64,000 bases of DNA. Origin: Candidatus Kaiserbacteria bacterium. Its GTDB lineage: Bacteria; Patescibacteriota; Minisyncoccia; Phycocordibacterales; UBA2100. A model generated the notes under the pieces. It was not told the origin of the DNA. It ran no database searches and saw only the letters and a program-made list of their open reading frames with translations. The first letter of the stretch is position 1, and the number at the start of each line of letters is the position of its first letter. Location of the stretch: the NCBI GenBank assembly GCA_016217925.1, contig JACRFK010000003.1:143656-207655 (forward strand), written 5' to 3'. Of the stretch, positions 48,384 to 58,679 are shown piece by piece. The translations under genes were made by a program, and so were the position numbers.

Positions 48384-48413
48384 AAAAGCACATAGGTCGG
48401 TTCTCTGTGTTTT
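48384..48413. repeat. Hairpin repeat, copy 3, with a slightly degenerate 3' arm
   Basis: aaaagcacaTAGGTCGGTTCTCtgtgtttt. Overlaps the obg stop codon. Confidence 0.55.
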
Positions 48414-49380
48414 ACAAACCTTTTTCGTCCTTAATTTTGTTGAGTATCTTTTTTACCTGTTCGAGACTCTCGGTTTCGAGTATTGATATCGCAAGAGGTT
48501 TGAGGCCGGCTTTTTTCAACGCCGCCAGTTTTTCTTCCACTTCCTCGGGCGTGAGCATGTCGGACTTTGTGAGGAATACGTGCTCGACTTTTTTTGTGAG
48601 CTCCGGGTTGTACGTCTCCAATTCTTTGCGGATGATTTTATGATCGCGCACGACGTCGTCGGATTCGGCGTCTATCAAATGGAACAGCACTTTCGTGCGT
48701 TCAATGTGCTTGAGGAATTTGACGCCAAGCCCCTTACCGCCCGAAGCGCCTTCGATGATGCCCGGGATGTCGGCGAGAATGACGCCGTAATACGAGCCGA
48801 GGTGCGGCTCCAGTGTCGTGAAAGGATAATTCGCGACGCGACTCTTGGCGGCGGTGAGCTCATTCAAGAGGCTCGATTTACCTGCATTGGGTAGCCCCAC
48901 GAATCCGACATCGGCGATGAGACGCAGTTCGAGCTTGTATGTCGCTTCATCGCCCTTTGTGCCGTCCTCATGTTCCATCGGCGTCGTGTTGGTCGCCGAG
49001 CGGAACTTGAAATTGCCCCTGCCGCCTACCCCACCGCCTGCCGCAAGGACACGCTGCCCGACCTCCGCTATTTCCTGTTTGAATCCGGTCCCCAGATTGG
49101 TGACCGTGGTCCCCGTCGGCACTTTCAGCACCATGTCCTCGCCTCTCCGGCCGTCGAGAAATTGCCCGCGGCCGTCCCTTCCGCGTTCGGCCTCCACTTC
49201 CTGCCTGCTCGCAAATACCATCAGCGCATTGATATCGCCGGTCCCTTCGAAGTACACGCTGCCGCCGGTACCGCCGTCTGCGCCCGTAGGGCCCCGTGAA
49301 AGCTTGACCTTATTGAAAGCAACGGCGCCATTGCCGCCGTCGCCCGCTTTGACCTTGATTGTCAGCTCATCTATAAGCAT
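48412..49380 (-). CDS. obg: GTPase Obg/CgtA
   Basis: Gly-rich Obg fold at the N-terminus, G1 GLPNAGKSSLL, and a G domain. Confidence 0.9.
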   Translation of the reverse strand: MLIDELTIKVKAGDGGNGAVAFNKVKLSRGPTGADGGTGGSVYFEGTGDINALMVFASRQEVEAERGRDGRGQFLDGRRGEDMVLKVPTGTTVTNLGTGFKQEIAEVGQRVLAAGGGVGGRGNFKFRSATNTTPMEHEDGTKGDEATYKLELRLIADVGFVGLPNAGKSSLLNELTAAKSRVANYPFTTLEPHLGSYYGVILADIPGIIEGASGGKGLGVKFLKHIERTKVLFHLIDAESDDVVRDHKIIRKELETYNPELTKKVEHVFLTKSDMLTPEEVEEKLAALKKAGLKPLAISILETESLEQVKKILNKIKDEKGL

Positions 49381-49427
49381 TGAGGCATGCTACCATAATC
49401 GACTCTATTTGATGTATTCTGTGTTGG

Positions 49428-50564
49428 ATGTTCGAATTTAAGATTCTCAAACGTTCAAAAAAGTCGCGGGCCCGGCTCGGCGTGATAACAACGCCGCACG
49501 GTGAAATTGAAACTCCCGCATTCGTACCCGTCGCCACGCGCGCGACCGTCCGCACGCTTGAAAGTGACGAGGTCGCGGCCGCCGGCTCGCAAGTCCTCAT
49601 CTGCAACACGTATCACCTCCACACTGCGCCCGGCGAAAAAAACGTGAAGCGTGCGGGCGGCCTCCACCATTTCATGCAGTGGAAGAGGCCGCTCATGACG
49701 GATTCCGGAGGATTCCAGGTATTCAGTCTGGGATTCGGCAAAGACCACGGCGTCGGAAAGATATTGAAGGAAGAGCCCGAGCGGCGCATACCGGAGGGTA
49801 CACAGCCCACGCATATCAAGATTACAGACGACGGAGTGCATTTCCGCTCGCCGATAGACGGTACCGAGCTGTATCTCAGCCCCAAAGAATCCATCCGCAT
49901 TCAGGAAGCGCTCGGCGCAGACATCATGTTTGCTTTCGACGAATGCCCCTCGCCTCTTGCCGATGAGGACTATTTGCACACATCGCTCGAGCGGACGCAT
50001 CGCTGGGCGGCCCAGTGTCTCAAAGTCCGCAAGACCTCTCAGGCGCTGTACGGCATCGTCCAAGGAGGAGGCTTCAAGAACATGCGTATCGAAAGCGCGC
50101 GCCTCATCGGCGCGCTGCCTTTCGAGGGATTCGGCGTCGGCGGAGAATTCGGCTACGACAAGCGCTCGCTGCAAAAAATGCTGGAGCATGTGCACGATGA
50201 ACTTCCGGAAAACAAGCCGCGCCACGTGCTCGGCGTTGGGCACCCGGAAGATTTCCCATACATCGCGGGCGCGGGCGGCGACACCTTCGATTGCATCGCG
50301 CCGACGCACTACGCGCGCCGCGGGACGATATTTACATCCAAAGGCAGGCTCCAAATCCGCAACCAACGCCATCTCACAGACCAAAAACCGCTGGACCCCA
50401 CCTGCTCGTGTGACATATGTAAAACATACTCACGCGCTTACATCTCACACCTCATGCGAGCATACGAACTGACAGGCATGAAGCTCGCTTCGTATCACAA
50501 CCTTCACTTCTTCAACGCGCAGGCCACCCTTTTGCGCAAGCGCATCCAAAACGGCGAAATCTAG
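49428..50564 (+). CDS. tgt: Queuine tRNA-ribosyltransferase
   Basis: ITTPHGEIETPAFVPVATRATV N-terminus, and the C-terminal zinc site CxCxxC...H (CSCDICKTYSRAYISH). Confidence 0.9.
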   Translation: MFEFKILKRSKKSRARLGVITTPHGEIETPAFVPVATRATVRTLESDEVAAAGSQVLICNTYHLHTAPGEKNVKRAGGLHHFMQWKRPLMTDSGGFQVFSLGFGKDHGVGKILKEEPERRIPEGTQPTHIKITDDGVHFRSPIDGTELYLSPKESIRIQEALGADIMFAFDECPSPLADEDYLHTSLERTHRWAAQCLKVRKTSQALYGIVQGGGFKNMRIESARLIGALPFEGFGVGGEFGYDKRSLQKMLEHVHDELPENKPRHVLGVGHPEDFPYIAGAGGDTFDCIAPTHYARRGTIFTSKGRLQIRNQRHLTDQKPLDPTCSCDICKTYSRAYISHLMRAYELTGMKLASYHNLHFFNAQATLLRKRIQNGEI

Positions 50565-51349
50565 AGCCTGCCGTTGCGCTCCCATCGCACAATATTGGAG
50601 ACGACTCCATACCGCGCCTCGTTCGTCCACTCACTCAAACTGAAAAAATCGCCTGCGCCCGCATCCTGTTTCTGCGCAGGTACGTCCTCCCCGGCAAGTA
50701 TCCGTTTGGCGATATCAATATACTTTTTGCGCGTCTCATAATTCAACTCGCGGAACATATCTGCCGGAGGCTTCGTCGTGTCGGCCTGTACGCGGGCGAT
50801 GATATCTCCCGTATCTACTCCGTTCGTCACATAGTGGATGGTGTTGCCGATTTTTTCCGTATCGCGCCGGAGCACGGCGAATTGATTCGCTACGGCTCCG
50901 CGATAATGCGGAGAGAACCCCATATGAAGGTTGACCACTTTTTTGGCTGTTTGTATAACGGGGTGCCTTAGGACGGAACCACCGAGAACCATAATGAGGT
51001 CGGGCGAGAGGCGTTCTAGAATTGCACGCGTCTCCTCCGAGTTGATATCCTCGACTTCGAGCGTCTCGGGGTCGTATCCGGGCGATGATTCGAACGGCGA
51101 ACTCTCCCTGAAATACCGTATGACCGCCCCTGTCTCACGGCGCAACCGCAGCAGTATGCCGAACCATAATTCGCGCCAAAAGGTACCCGCGCGCGCAGCC
51201 GTCATCGCACTACGAAAACGCCCGGCGAGCCTCCGGGGTTTCGGTTTTTCGAAGAGTACGAGGTCAACTCCGCGCCCCGTCTCTTTATGAAGGGCATTGA
51301 CGAACGCTTTCTCCGAATCGCCGTAGATGGTAATAAATACAATGCCCAT
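50561..51349 (-). CDS. Formyltransferase family protein (Fmt/PurN-like N-terminal domain)
   Basis: LHMGFSPHYRG resembles the formyl transferase catalytic block HxSLLPxxRG. Start taken at MGIVFITIYG. Confidence 0.55.
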   Translation of the reverse strand: MGIVFITIYGDSEKAFVNALHKETGRGVDLVLFEKPKPRRLAGRFRSAMTAARAGTFWRELWFGILLRLRRETGAVIRYFRESSPFESSPGYDPETLEVEDINSEETRAILERLSPDLIMVLGGSVLRHPVIQTAKKVVNLHMGFSPHYRGAVANQFAVLRRDTEKIGNTIHYVTNGVDTGDIIARVQADTTKPPADMFRELNYETRKKYIDIAKRILAGEDVPAQKQDAGAGDFFSLSEWTNEARYGVVSNIVRWERNGRL

Positions 51350-51606
51350 AGTACCGAAAATTGTATTCACTGATTCTACCATCCCTCAGCGGAGTTGAGG
51401 CGTGGACCGTCCGGAGTTACAATTGCGCCATGCGGGATGTGGAGCACGCAGAGTGGCTGGAGGACGAAAAGGCCCGTAAGGCGGCTGCAAAAGCGAACCA
51501 TAAGTCGCTGCCCATTCCGCCCAAGAAGGCTGACGAAAAAAAGAAGGAAGGACCTGCCGACGATATGGAAGAGCGTGTGTGGTGGCGCGGCGAGACGTAA
51601 TCGCCT

Positions 51607-52017
51607 TTAGATAAAAAAGCGGAAAAAATATACGGCCGCGGTAGCTCCTACGCCGTTGTCCAGAATATCTTTGTAGGTGTCCGCCATGCTGTGATGCGCG
51701 GGATAATAACCGTGGGCTATGCCGTAGAAGACATCAAAACCGTACTCTAAAAATTCCCAGCCCAGCCCGATGAGCATCACGAGAGAAAATACGAACAGGC
51801 GGTCCGTGCGGCGAATGACGTTGGGATAGAGGAAAAACAGCACCAGCCACGCGCCGAATATTATGTGCACCGGGATGTCTATGTCGGGCCAGGCGTAATA
51901 CAAAGGCAGTGAAATATCCGGGCGGCTCATAAATGCCCACACATGGATGAGTAGGAAAACCGCGGCGAGCGTGATTAGCGCTCCGCCATGCCGCGACAAA
52001 AACAATTTAGAATTCAT
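51607..52017 (-). CDS. Hypothetical membrane protein, 4 TM helices
   Basis: 136-aa hydrophobic ORF. Confidence 0.45.
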   Translation of the reverse strand: MNSKLFLSRHGGALITLAAVFLLIHVWAFMSRPDISLPLYYAWPDIDIPVHIIFGAWLVLFFLYPNVIRRTDRLFVFSLVMLIGLGWEFLEYGFDVFYGIAHGYYPAHHSMADTYKDILDNGVGATAAVYFFRFFI

Positions 52018-52033
52018 AGGTAGAAGAATCCTA

Positions 52034-52279
52034 TCACGGCCGTATCAGCGCCAATTTCTCTTGTCGCGTGAGGCGTTTTATCCCGGCTTCCCGCGCACGG
52101 GCTTTTGCAAGCGAGCGGAAACGTTCGAAATGCACGAGGACAACCGGCCGGCGGATTTTGGTGTAGTGCGCGCCCGCTTTCGCGCCGTTGTGTTGCCTAA
52201 GCCTTTTCTCCAGGTCATTCGTGCAGCCGACGTAGAGCGTTGTGTCGGCACATTCCAGAATATAGGTAAAATGATACAT
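52034..52279 (-). CDS. GIY-YIG nuclease family protein, small stand-alone form
   Basis: 81 aa. YHFTYILECADTTLYVGCTNDLEKRLRQH. Confidence 0.75.
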   Translation of the reverse strand: MYHFTYILECADTTLYVGCTNDLEKRLRQHNGAKAGAHYTKIRRPVVLVHFERFRSLAKARAREAGIKRLTRQEKLALIRP

Positions 52280-52341
52280 GTAGTGGTAGTCTACTACTTC
52301 AGCAATATATGAATACCGACGAAGCCGAATTCCCCATGCGT

Positions 52342-52425
52342 CCCGTTAGAAATCGCGGACGACTCGTAAAACATCCCACTAGGCAGAGCCCAGGGATTCC
52401 GGTTCCGCGTCCTATTTCTAACGGG
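52342..52425. repeat. Palindromic element, GTTAGA family: CCCGTTAGAAATCGCGGA, about 45 nt, TCCGCGTCCTATTTCTAACGGG
   Basis: Roughly 20-nt inverted arms. The right arm ends exactly at the rluB ATG at 52426. It has the same architecture as the element at 1577-1657. Confidence 0.6.
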
Positions 52426-53103
52426 ATGCGGATAAATAAGTACCTCGCGCGAGAGAAGTACTGCACGCGGCGCGAGGCGGATGAGTTCATCAAAAAAGGG
52501 CTCGTTTCTATCAATGGCCGCCCGGCGGTCCTCGGTGACAAAGTGAAAAAGGACGACAAGGTCGAGGTGAAATGGCGGCAGACCAAACACCGGTACTTCG
52601 CATACAACAAGCCGCGCGGCATTATTACGCACTCGGCACAGGAGGGAGAAGAGGAGATCAAAGAGATATTGCCGGTAGAAGGCGTATTCCCCGTCGGACG
52701 CCTCGACAAGGATTCGTACGGACTCATTATTCTCACAGACGACGGCCGCATCACCGACGCACTTCTCAATCCCGAACGTGCCCATGAAAAAGAATACGAG
52801 GTAAGGACCACAGATGCATTGCCCGCGAATTTCAAGGCGAAAATGGAAAAAGGCGTCGACATCGGCGGCTATGTGACGAAGCCGTGCAAAGTCGAGATTC
52901 TCGGCGACCGCAAGTTTGCCATCACACTTACGGAGGGCAAGAAGCACCAAATACGCCGCATGTGCGGATTTTTCGGCGCGAGCACATCCAATCTGGAGAG
53001 GAAACGCATTATGAACATCACGCTCGGCGGCCTGAAGCCCGGCGAGTATCGGACGATACAGGGCGCGGAATTGGAAACGTTTATGAAGAGTCTCGGGTTC
53101 TAG
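52426..53103 (+). CDS. RluB/RsuA-family pseudouridine synthase
   Basis: S4 domain MRINKYLAREKYCTRREADEFIKKGLVSINGR, followed by a catalytic domain with the conserved Asp region. The listed ORF extends in frame to 52309 through the palindromic element. Confidence 0.8.
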   Translation: MRINKYLAREKYCTRREADEFIKKGLVSINGRPAVLGDKVKKDDKVEVKWRQTKHRYFAYNKPRGIITHSAQEGEEEIKEILPVEGVFPVGRLDKDSYGLIILTDDGRITDALLNPERAHEKEYEVRTTDALPANFKAKMEKGVDIGGYVTKPCKVEILGDRKFAITLTEGKKHQIRRMCGFFGASTSNLERKRIMNITLGGLKPGEYRTIQGAELETFMKSLGF

Positions 53104-53291
53104 GGACCTCCGCTGCAGGGCAGACTTCTCAGCGGTCGCTGGCCGATGGCTGCTGCCATCGGCACCTTCGGCACTCACGTGCCTGCGGTCCGCGCTCTCA
53201 GTCTCGCCCGTCCGGGGTCGGCAGACGACGCGGCTGCGAAGACCGCTAAAAAGCCCGCCCCTTGCTCCAGTTAATGGTTTACGGACGTGCC

Positions 53292-54140
53292 CTAGAGTAA
53301 ATGTATCTCTCTGCCCGGGAGGTGCGCTTCGGCTTCGAGAACAATTTTCTCCATTTCGGTAACCGCTTCTATGGGATACGCGCCGCGCGCGGTTTCTTCG
53401 GAGAGCATGACCGCATCCGAGCCGAGCCCGATAGCGTATGCGACGTCGGTAACTTCCGCACGCGTCGGCTCCGGATTCGTAAGCATTGAGAGCATCATCT
53501 GCGTCGCCGTGATGACCGGTTTACCCGCGCGATTGCATTTTTCGATGAGCTCGCGCTCGATAAAAGGTATCTGCTCGATGGGGACTTCGTGACCAAGGTC
53601 GCCCCTGCCTATCATGACGGCGTCCGAGGCCGCGATAATTTCATCGGCGCGCTCCACCGCACACTTGCGTTCTATCTTTGCAATGACGCATGCACTCCCG
53701 CCGGCCGCACGTATTGCACTCCGCGCTTCTTCCACATCTTCCTTCCGGCCCACGTACGAGACACAGACGTACTCCACACCCTTCGAGAGACCGAAGCGCA
53801 GGTCATCCATATCCTTTTTCGTAAGCAAGGCCTGCCCGTCGTGGTGATTCGCCGCATCAAAATGATGTTCTGTATCGGTTTGTTTGCGCGGACCCGAGAG
53901 GTCAAGGATGATGGGGATACGCACTCCCGCATCAGCCGAGACCGCACGGAGCGCATCTATGTAAGAAGCATGTTCCTCATGCGTGCCCCACGACAAATTC
54001 AGGCGCATCACATCCATGTGATGCCGCACCATCTCGCGCAGTATTTCCGGAGTCCCGCTTTTCGGGCCGATGGTCGCGACTATCTGTGAGCGTGATGCTG
54101 CCATAGGTACCATTATCGGGGCGTGAGGAGAAAATACCAA
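53292..54140 (-). CDS. pyk: Pyruvate kinase, short form (barrel domain only)
   Basis: Matches PK motifs [15 protein letters not shown] and [10 protein letters not shown]. At 282 aa it lacks the usual C-terminal domain. The start may be [14 protein letters not shown] at 54104. Confidence 0.7.
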   Translation of the reverse strand: MVFSPHAPIMVPMAASRSQIVATIGPKSGTPEILREMVRHHMDVMRLNLSWGTHEEHASYIDALRAVSADAGVRIPIILDLSGPRKQTDTEHHFDAANHHDGQALLTKKDMDDLRFGLSKGVEYVCVSYVGRKEDVEEARSAIRAAGGSACVIAKIERKCAVERADEIIAASDAVMIGRGDLGHEVPIEQIPFIERELIEKCNRAGKPVITATQMMLSMLTNPEPTRAEVTDVAYAIGLGSDAVMLSEETARGAYPIEAVTEMEKIVLEAEAHLPGREIHLL

Positions 54141-55390
54141 TCGGAGACGTTGGCATCCAGACGGCCCGTCAGAATCTCATCCCCCGTCGCCTCAAAGACG
54201 GGAATCGTGTCGAGGCGCGCGCGATACGGTGCCAGGTCTATCTTCTTTTCTTCGATGCGCTGTATGGTGCCGCCATCCACGATGGCCCCCGCCTCATCGC
54301 TGTTGTCGCTGCCGTCCGACGCGGCTGCGACGAAGACGTCGTCGGGCCCGAGAGCGCGCAGCGCCTCCATCGCAAGGAATTGGCAGCGGCCTCCCGTCCC
54401 GTGGTCTTCGGGTATTTGGAGCTGGACTTCTCCGCCCGCAAGGACGACGCGCCCCGCCGCGGACTGTCCGAATATTTTTGCGAGCGCCGGTCCGGGAAAT
54501 TCATACAGCGGCTTATCGAGAATGAGAGCTTCATAGCCGAGCGAGCGCGCCGCGTCGGCCATCTTTTGGATAGAGTCTTCGTTGGAAATGAGGACGATGT
54601 TGGTGACCTTCTCGAAGTATTTCGGGTCTTTCGGAGTTTCGCGCAACACGAACTTGTCTTCCAGTTTGTAACGCTTCAATATTTCCTGCGCGTCCGCATT
54701 GGTGGATGTGTCCGGGTACGTCGGGCCGGAGGCGACTTCTTCGGGGTTGCCGCCCACGATGTCGGAAAATACAAGCCCGATGACCGTCGCCGGATAGAGC
54801 GCCTCGGCGAGCCCTCCGCCTTTCAAATCGGCTATGTGCTTGCGCACGGTGTTCAGTTCCCGTATGGTCGCGCCGACGTGCTCGAAATCCTCGAACAGCT
54901 TGATATTTTGGTCGCACTCCGCGCTCGACGAGCACAGGAGTGACGAGCCTCCGCCTGCAACGATGACGAAGACGAGGTCGTCCTCCCCCGCTTCTTCCGC
55001 CACCCCCATCACGACCTTGGTCGCTTCCACATTCGCGTCCGACGGCATCGGATGCGTGCCGACGAATGCTTCAATAGCCGAAGGGCACGTGGTGAGTATC
55101 GTCCTGTCTATCACGACTGTCTTCTTGAGACGCGTGCTGAGTATTTTGTAGAGCTCATATGTGGCAGAGCACGCCCCTTTGCCGAAACCGACCAAATACA
55201 CATTTTTGAAGGGCCGCATATCAAATGTGCGGCCGCGAATGTTGATGACGTCGCCCGTTACCGAAATATTCTCTTGTATCACGCGCTCGGTGAGCACCGC
55301 GTCATATCCGGCCTCCAATATTTCGAGCGCATCCCTGCGCGGCTTATCAGTCGCAAGCTTTTCGTAATTGATGATGCGATTGGGCCTCAT
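54113..55390 (-). CDS. Glycerate kinase, MOFRL family (GckA/TtuD-like)
   Basis: DUF4147 N-terminal domain plus MOFRL domain, with [22 protein letters not shown]. Confidence 0.7.
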   Translation of the reverse strand: MRPNRIINYEKLATDKPRRDALEILEAGYDAVLTERVIQENISVTGDVINIRGRTFDMRPFKNVYLVGFGKGACSATYELYKILSTRLKKTVVIDRTILTTCPSAIEAFVGTHPMPSDANVEATKVVMGVAEEAGEDDLVFVIVAGGGSSLLCSSSAECDQNIKLFEDFEHVGATIRELNTVRKHIADLKGGGLAEALYPATVIGLVFSDIVGGNPEEVASGPTYPDTSTNADAQEILKRYKLEDKFVLRETPKDPKYFEKVTNIVLISNEDSIQKMADAARSLGYEALILDKPLYEFPGPALAKIFGQSAAGRVVLAGGEVQLQIPEDHGTGGRCQFLAMEALRALGPDDVFVAAASDGSDNSDEAGAIVDGGTIQRIEEKKIDLAPYRARLDTIPVFEATGDEILTGRLDANVSDWYFLLTPR

Positions 55391-56382
55391 ACGCCCTTCG
55401 CGCCGGAAACATATTCGGTGATGGCACCCACGGCGCGCGATACGCGGTCAGTGTCCGCTTCCTTAGAGTGAAATGCGATGTGCGGCGTCACGATGACATT
55501 GGGCATATCCATGAGCATGTGGTCGCCGACGAGCGGTCGCAGGTCGTGGTCCGGCGAGACCCGCATTTTGATGATGGCTCCTTCCTTGTGCAGCTCGCGT
55601 TCGCCTTCGAGCACGTCGAGTCCGGCGCCGGCCACCTTGCCGCTTCGAAGCGCATCAACAAACGCGACCGTGTCCACCACCTCGCCGCGCGCCGTGTTGA
55701 CGAGAATGACCCCTTGCTTCATGCGCGCAAAGACTTCCGCGTTAATAAGGTGATGCGTCTCCTTCATGTAAGGCACGTGGAGTGTGATGACATCCGCCTG
55801 CGCCGCAAGGTCGAGAAGCGGGACATAGGTGAATCCGAGCTCCGCCGCACGCGCGGAATCGGGATGCACATCGAATGCGATGATTTTCATTCCGAAACCG
55901 CGCGCAATTTCCGCCACATGCATACCGATGCGCCCCGTCCCCACGATGCCGAGTGTTTTACCCTGCAAATCAAAACCCTGAAAAGCGCGCACATCAAACG
56001 TGCCGCTTTCGCGCACTTCCTGCGATGCGAAATTAATGTGTCGCGACAGGTTGAGCATGAGGCCGAAGGTAAATTCAGCTACGGAGCTGACTCCGTAGCC
56101 GGGGACGTTCGCCACCTTGATGCCCTTCTCCTTCGCATACGTCATGTCTATGTGGTCGGTTCCGGTGGATTCCGCGACGACGAGCTTCACGCCCGGCATT
56201 GCGTCAATCACCGCTTTTGAGACATCGCAGTCCACAAAGACCGCGATAGCCTCCGCTCCCGCGGCAAGCGCGGCATTCTGGAGCGAAAGCGGCTCCTGGA
56301 TAAAAACGACTTCGTGCCCCGTGAGGGCGGCAGTAAAAAGGCCTTCGGTATCCGCAAACGAACTAAACCGCACAATTTTCAT
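55387..56382 (-). CDS. D-isomer-specific 2-hydroxyacid dehydrogenase (hydroxypyruvate/glycerate dehydrogenase or PGDH-like)
   Basis: NAD-binding GIVGTGRIGMHVAEIARGFGMKII, and catalytic His/Glu/Arg blocks. Confidence 0.85.
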   Translation of the reverse strand: MKIVRFSSFADTEGLFTAALTGHEVVFIQEPLSLQNAALAAGAEAIAVFVDCDVSKAVIDAMPGVKLVVAESTGTDHIDMTYAKEKGIKVANVPGYGVSSVAEFTFGLMLNLSRHINFASQEVRESGTFDVRAFQGFDLQGKTLGIVGTGRIGMHVAEIARGFGMKIIAFDVHPDSARAAELGFTYVPLLDLAAQADVITLHVPYMKETHHLINAEVFARMKQGVILVNTARGEVVDTVAFVDALRSGKVAGAGLDVLEGERELHKEGAIIKMRVSPDHDLRPLVGDHMLMDMPNVIVTPHIAFHSKEADTDRVSRAVGAITEYVSGAKGV

Positions 56383-56434
56383 GTCCGCATTATAACCCGT
56401 GGCTGGGGCGAAGTAGATGAGGTTGTAAAATGCT

Positions 56435-56698
56435 CTAGGCGCCGTGCACTTTGTTCCACACCGTAGAAAGTATAAACCCCACAGCGTAGCCGATGCAGGC
56501 TGCGACGACGATGACCGTAAGCGACGCTACGGCGTCAAACGGCAAGAAGGCAGGACCGGACTGCACCATGTGCGCCCACATGGAGAAATTTACAAGCGGC
56601 TGCGCCCAGCCGAGGAGAATAAGAACCGAAAAGACGACATGGAACCCGCCGAGCATTATGGCACCTACGAGTCCCGCTTTGTGTGCATTTGTATTCAT
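56435..56698 (-). CDS. Small hypothetical membrane protein, 87 aa, 2-3 TM helices
   Basis: Hydrophobic ORF with no family assignment. Confidence 0.45.
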   Translation of the reverse strand: MNTNAHKAGLVGAIMLGGFHVVFSVLILLGWAQPLVNFSMWAHMVQSGPAFLPFDAVASLTVIVVAACIGYAVGFILSTVWNKVHGA

Positions 56699-56795
56699 AA
56701 AAATAGCAAAACTGTTAAAAGGTTGCTAATGCACTAAGCCTACCCCCGCAGCGTTTCCTGTCCAGCGCCCCCCGTCGCACAAAAATCATTCTAAC

Positions 56796-56821
56796 GTTTT
56801 GCAAAACGTTAGAACGTTGTG
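56796..56821. promoter_or_regulatory. Perfect 26-nt palindrome TTCTAACGTTTTGCAAAACGTTAGAA, a candidate operator
   Basis: Exact dyad symmetry. The half-site contains CGTTAGAA, which recurs in the GTTAGA palindromic family. It lies about 100 nt upstream of the 56698 gene start. Confidence 0.4.
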
Positions 56822-56898
56822 GGGGTACTGGGGGGATTGGGTAGAGATGCCTCAACAGCCAGTGAAGCGTTTGGCGGGCCTGCCTGCGCAGGCAGGGC

Positions 56899-57201
56899 TT
56901 AGGCCAGGAGGTCGAGGGTGAACGTAACGGTGTCGCCCGCTTGGATGCCTTCGGCTCTCCGCACCTTGGCCTTGAGCGGCAGGATGTAGGTGCCCGAACG
57001 CTTGTCGGGAAAAATAGATGTTTCCCACGTCGTTTTCCCTATGCGGACTTTTACACGCACGGCGCCGAATCCCCTGCGCGGCCCCGTATACTTTTTGCGT
57101 ATCTCTTCCGAGTGCTTTTTGTCCACGTAAGCAAAACGCCAAGCACCTTGCGCGCCCGGCCACAGCACGACTTCCGAGCGGAGCTTGTACGTTTTCGCCA
57201 T
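56899..57201 (-). CDS. DUF1905 domain protein
   Basis: 100 aa. WRFAYV...RVKVRIGKTTWETSIFPDKRSGTYILPLKAKVRRAEG. Confidence 0.6.
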   Translation of the reverse strand: MAKTYKLRSEVVLWPGAQGAWRFAYVDKKHSEEIRKKYTGPRRGFGAVRVKVRIGKTTWETSIFPDKRSGTYILPLKAKVRRAEGIQAGDTVTFTLDLLA

Positions 57202-57209
57202 AGGAACAA

Positions 57210-58667
57210 TTATTTCTCAAGGTCGAGGGTGTCGTCAATCCTGATTTTACCCACGAATTCGGGGACGTGGGAGACGAGTATCATCGCGCCGTCGTATTCA
57301 TCGAGCGCTTTTGCAATGACAGGCAAGTGGCGGAAGTTGATGTGATTGGTCGGCTCGTCGAGGATGAGCAGGCCCGGCTTCATAAGAACCAAACGCGCGA
57401 ATGCGACGAGCCCTTTCTGCCCTTCCGAAAGATGTCCGATTTTCGTCTGGATGAGATCGCCTGTGATGAGGAATCCAGCCGCGACGTGACGCATGTCACT
57501 TTCAACTTCTTTCTCCATGACCCCCGCCAGCTCCTCGTACACGGTGGAATTGAAATCGAGGTTGGAAAAATCCTGACGGTAGTAGCCCACTTTCACACCC
57601 TTGGTGATGATGGCTCCGGCCGCAGTGCCATTCGCCAGCGATTCGAGCAGTGTGGATTTGCCGATGCCATTCGGCCCTTTTAGCAGCAGGTGCTGATTCT
57701 TGCGGAGCGAAAGCTCTTTTTTCTTGATGACCGGTTTGTAATTCTTGATGGTCTTGAACGAAGTGATATGCAAAAGCTCGCCCGATAGGTTGGGCTGACA
57801 CGGGATATGAAATGATTTGATGGTCTTGTCCTCCTTGCGTACTTCCACCTTGGCTTCTTCCGCCTCCGCGGCTGCCTCGCGCATGCGCTTGGCGACGAGA
57901 CGCAGCTGTCCACCCTTCATCGCAAAGTAATTCGCTTTCTCTTTTTTGGCGATGATAATTTTTTCCATCTGCGCGTTTTTCATCGCCTCTTTCTCTACGC
58001 GCGCGCTGATTTCCAAGACGACGTCGGAATAGTTGCCCACGTACTGTTCCACTTTGTGCGTGTGCACATCGAGGTAGAGCACGCCGTGTGTGAATGCATT
58101 GAGGAAATCCGCGTCGTGCGAAATGACGATGACGGTCTTTTCGTACTCCACGAGGAATTTCGTGAGATGCGCGATGCCCGCTTTGTCGAGATTATTCGTC
58201 GGCTCGTCGAGCAAAAGTAGGTCCGGCTTCTGAATGAGCGCAGAGGCGAGCAGAAGCCGCGCCTGCTGCCCGCCGGAGAATGTGCTCATTACCCTGTCAT
58301 GAAGTTTTTCGTGATGCTTTAGATTGACGACTTCGAGCACGTCGTCAATGCGCGGGTCTATGTCGTACATTTTTTTAGGGAATACCTTCTGGAAAAATTC
58401 GCGCACGGTGAGCTTGAGCTCATCGCGCGGTATGACCTGTTGCGAAAGGGCGATGGAAAGACCTTTTTCTATATGTATATCGCCCTCTTCGGGCTTGAGC
58501 GCGCCGGTGATGAGCCCAAAAAGTGTGCTTTTGCCGGCTCCATTTTGGCCCATCAGGGTAATCTTCGCGCCGCGGCGTATGGGGAAAGAGACCCCATCAA
58601 GGATTTGTTTGTGGTGGCCGTGCTCAAATGAGACGTCCTCGAACCGGACTATCGTATCTTCAGCCAT
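57210..58667 (-). CDS. ABC-F family ATPase (two ABC domains, no TMD)
   Basis: Two Walker A motifs ([18 protein letters not shown]), two LSGG signatures, and an inter-domain linker. Confidence 0.85.
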   Translation of the reverse strand: MAEDTIVRFEDVSFEHGHHKQILDGVSFPIRRGAKITLMGQNGAGKSTLFGLITGALKPEEGDIHIEKGLSIALSQQVIPRDELKLTVREFFQKVFPKKMYDIDPRIDDVLEVVNLKHHEKLHDRVMSTFSGGQQARLLLASALIQKPDLLLLDEPTNNLDKAGIAHLTKFLVEYEKTVIVISHDADFLNAFTHGVLYLDVHTHKVEQYVGNYSDVVLEISARVEKEAMKNAQMEKIIIAKKEKANYFAMKGGQLRLVAKRMREAAAEAEEAKVEVRKEDKTIKSFHIPCQPNLSGELLHITSFKTIKNYKPVIKKKELSLRKNQHLLLKGPNGIGKSTLLESLANGTAAGAIITKGVKVGYYRQDFSNLDFNSTVYEELAGVMEKEVESDMRHVAAGFLITGDLIQTKIGHLSEGQKGLVAFARLVLMKPGLLILDEPTNHINFRHLPVIAKALDEYDGAMILVSHVPEFVGKIRIDDTLDLEK

Positions 58668-58679
58668 TCAGGTGACACA

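Noticed and set aside
52294-53178. 294-aa minus-strand ORF opposite the rluB gene
   Set aside because: It is antisense to a well-supported S4 plus pseudouridine synthase gene and has no motifs.
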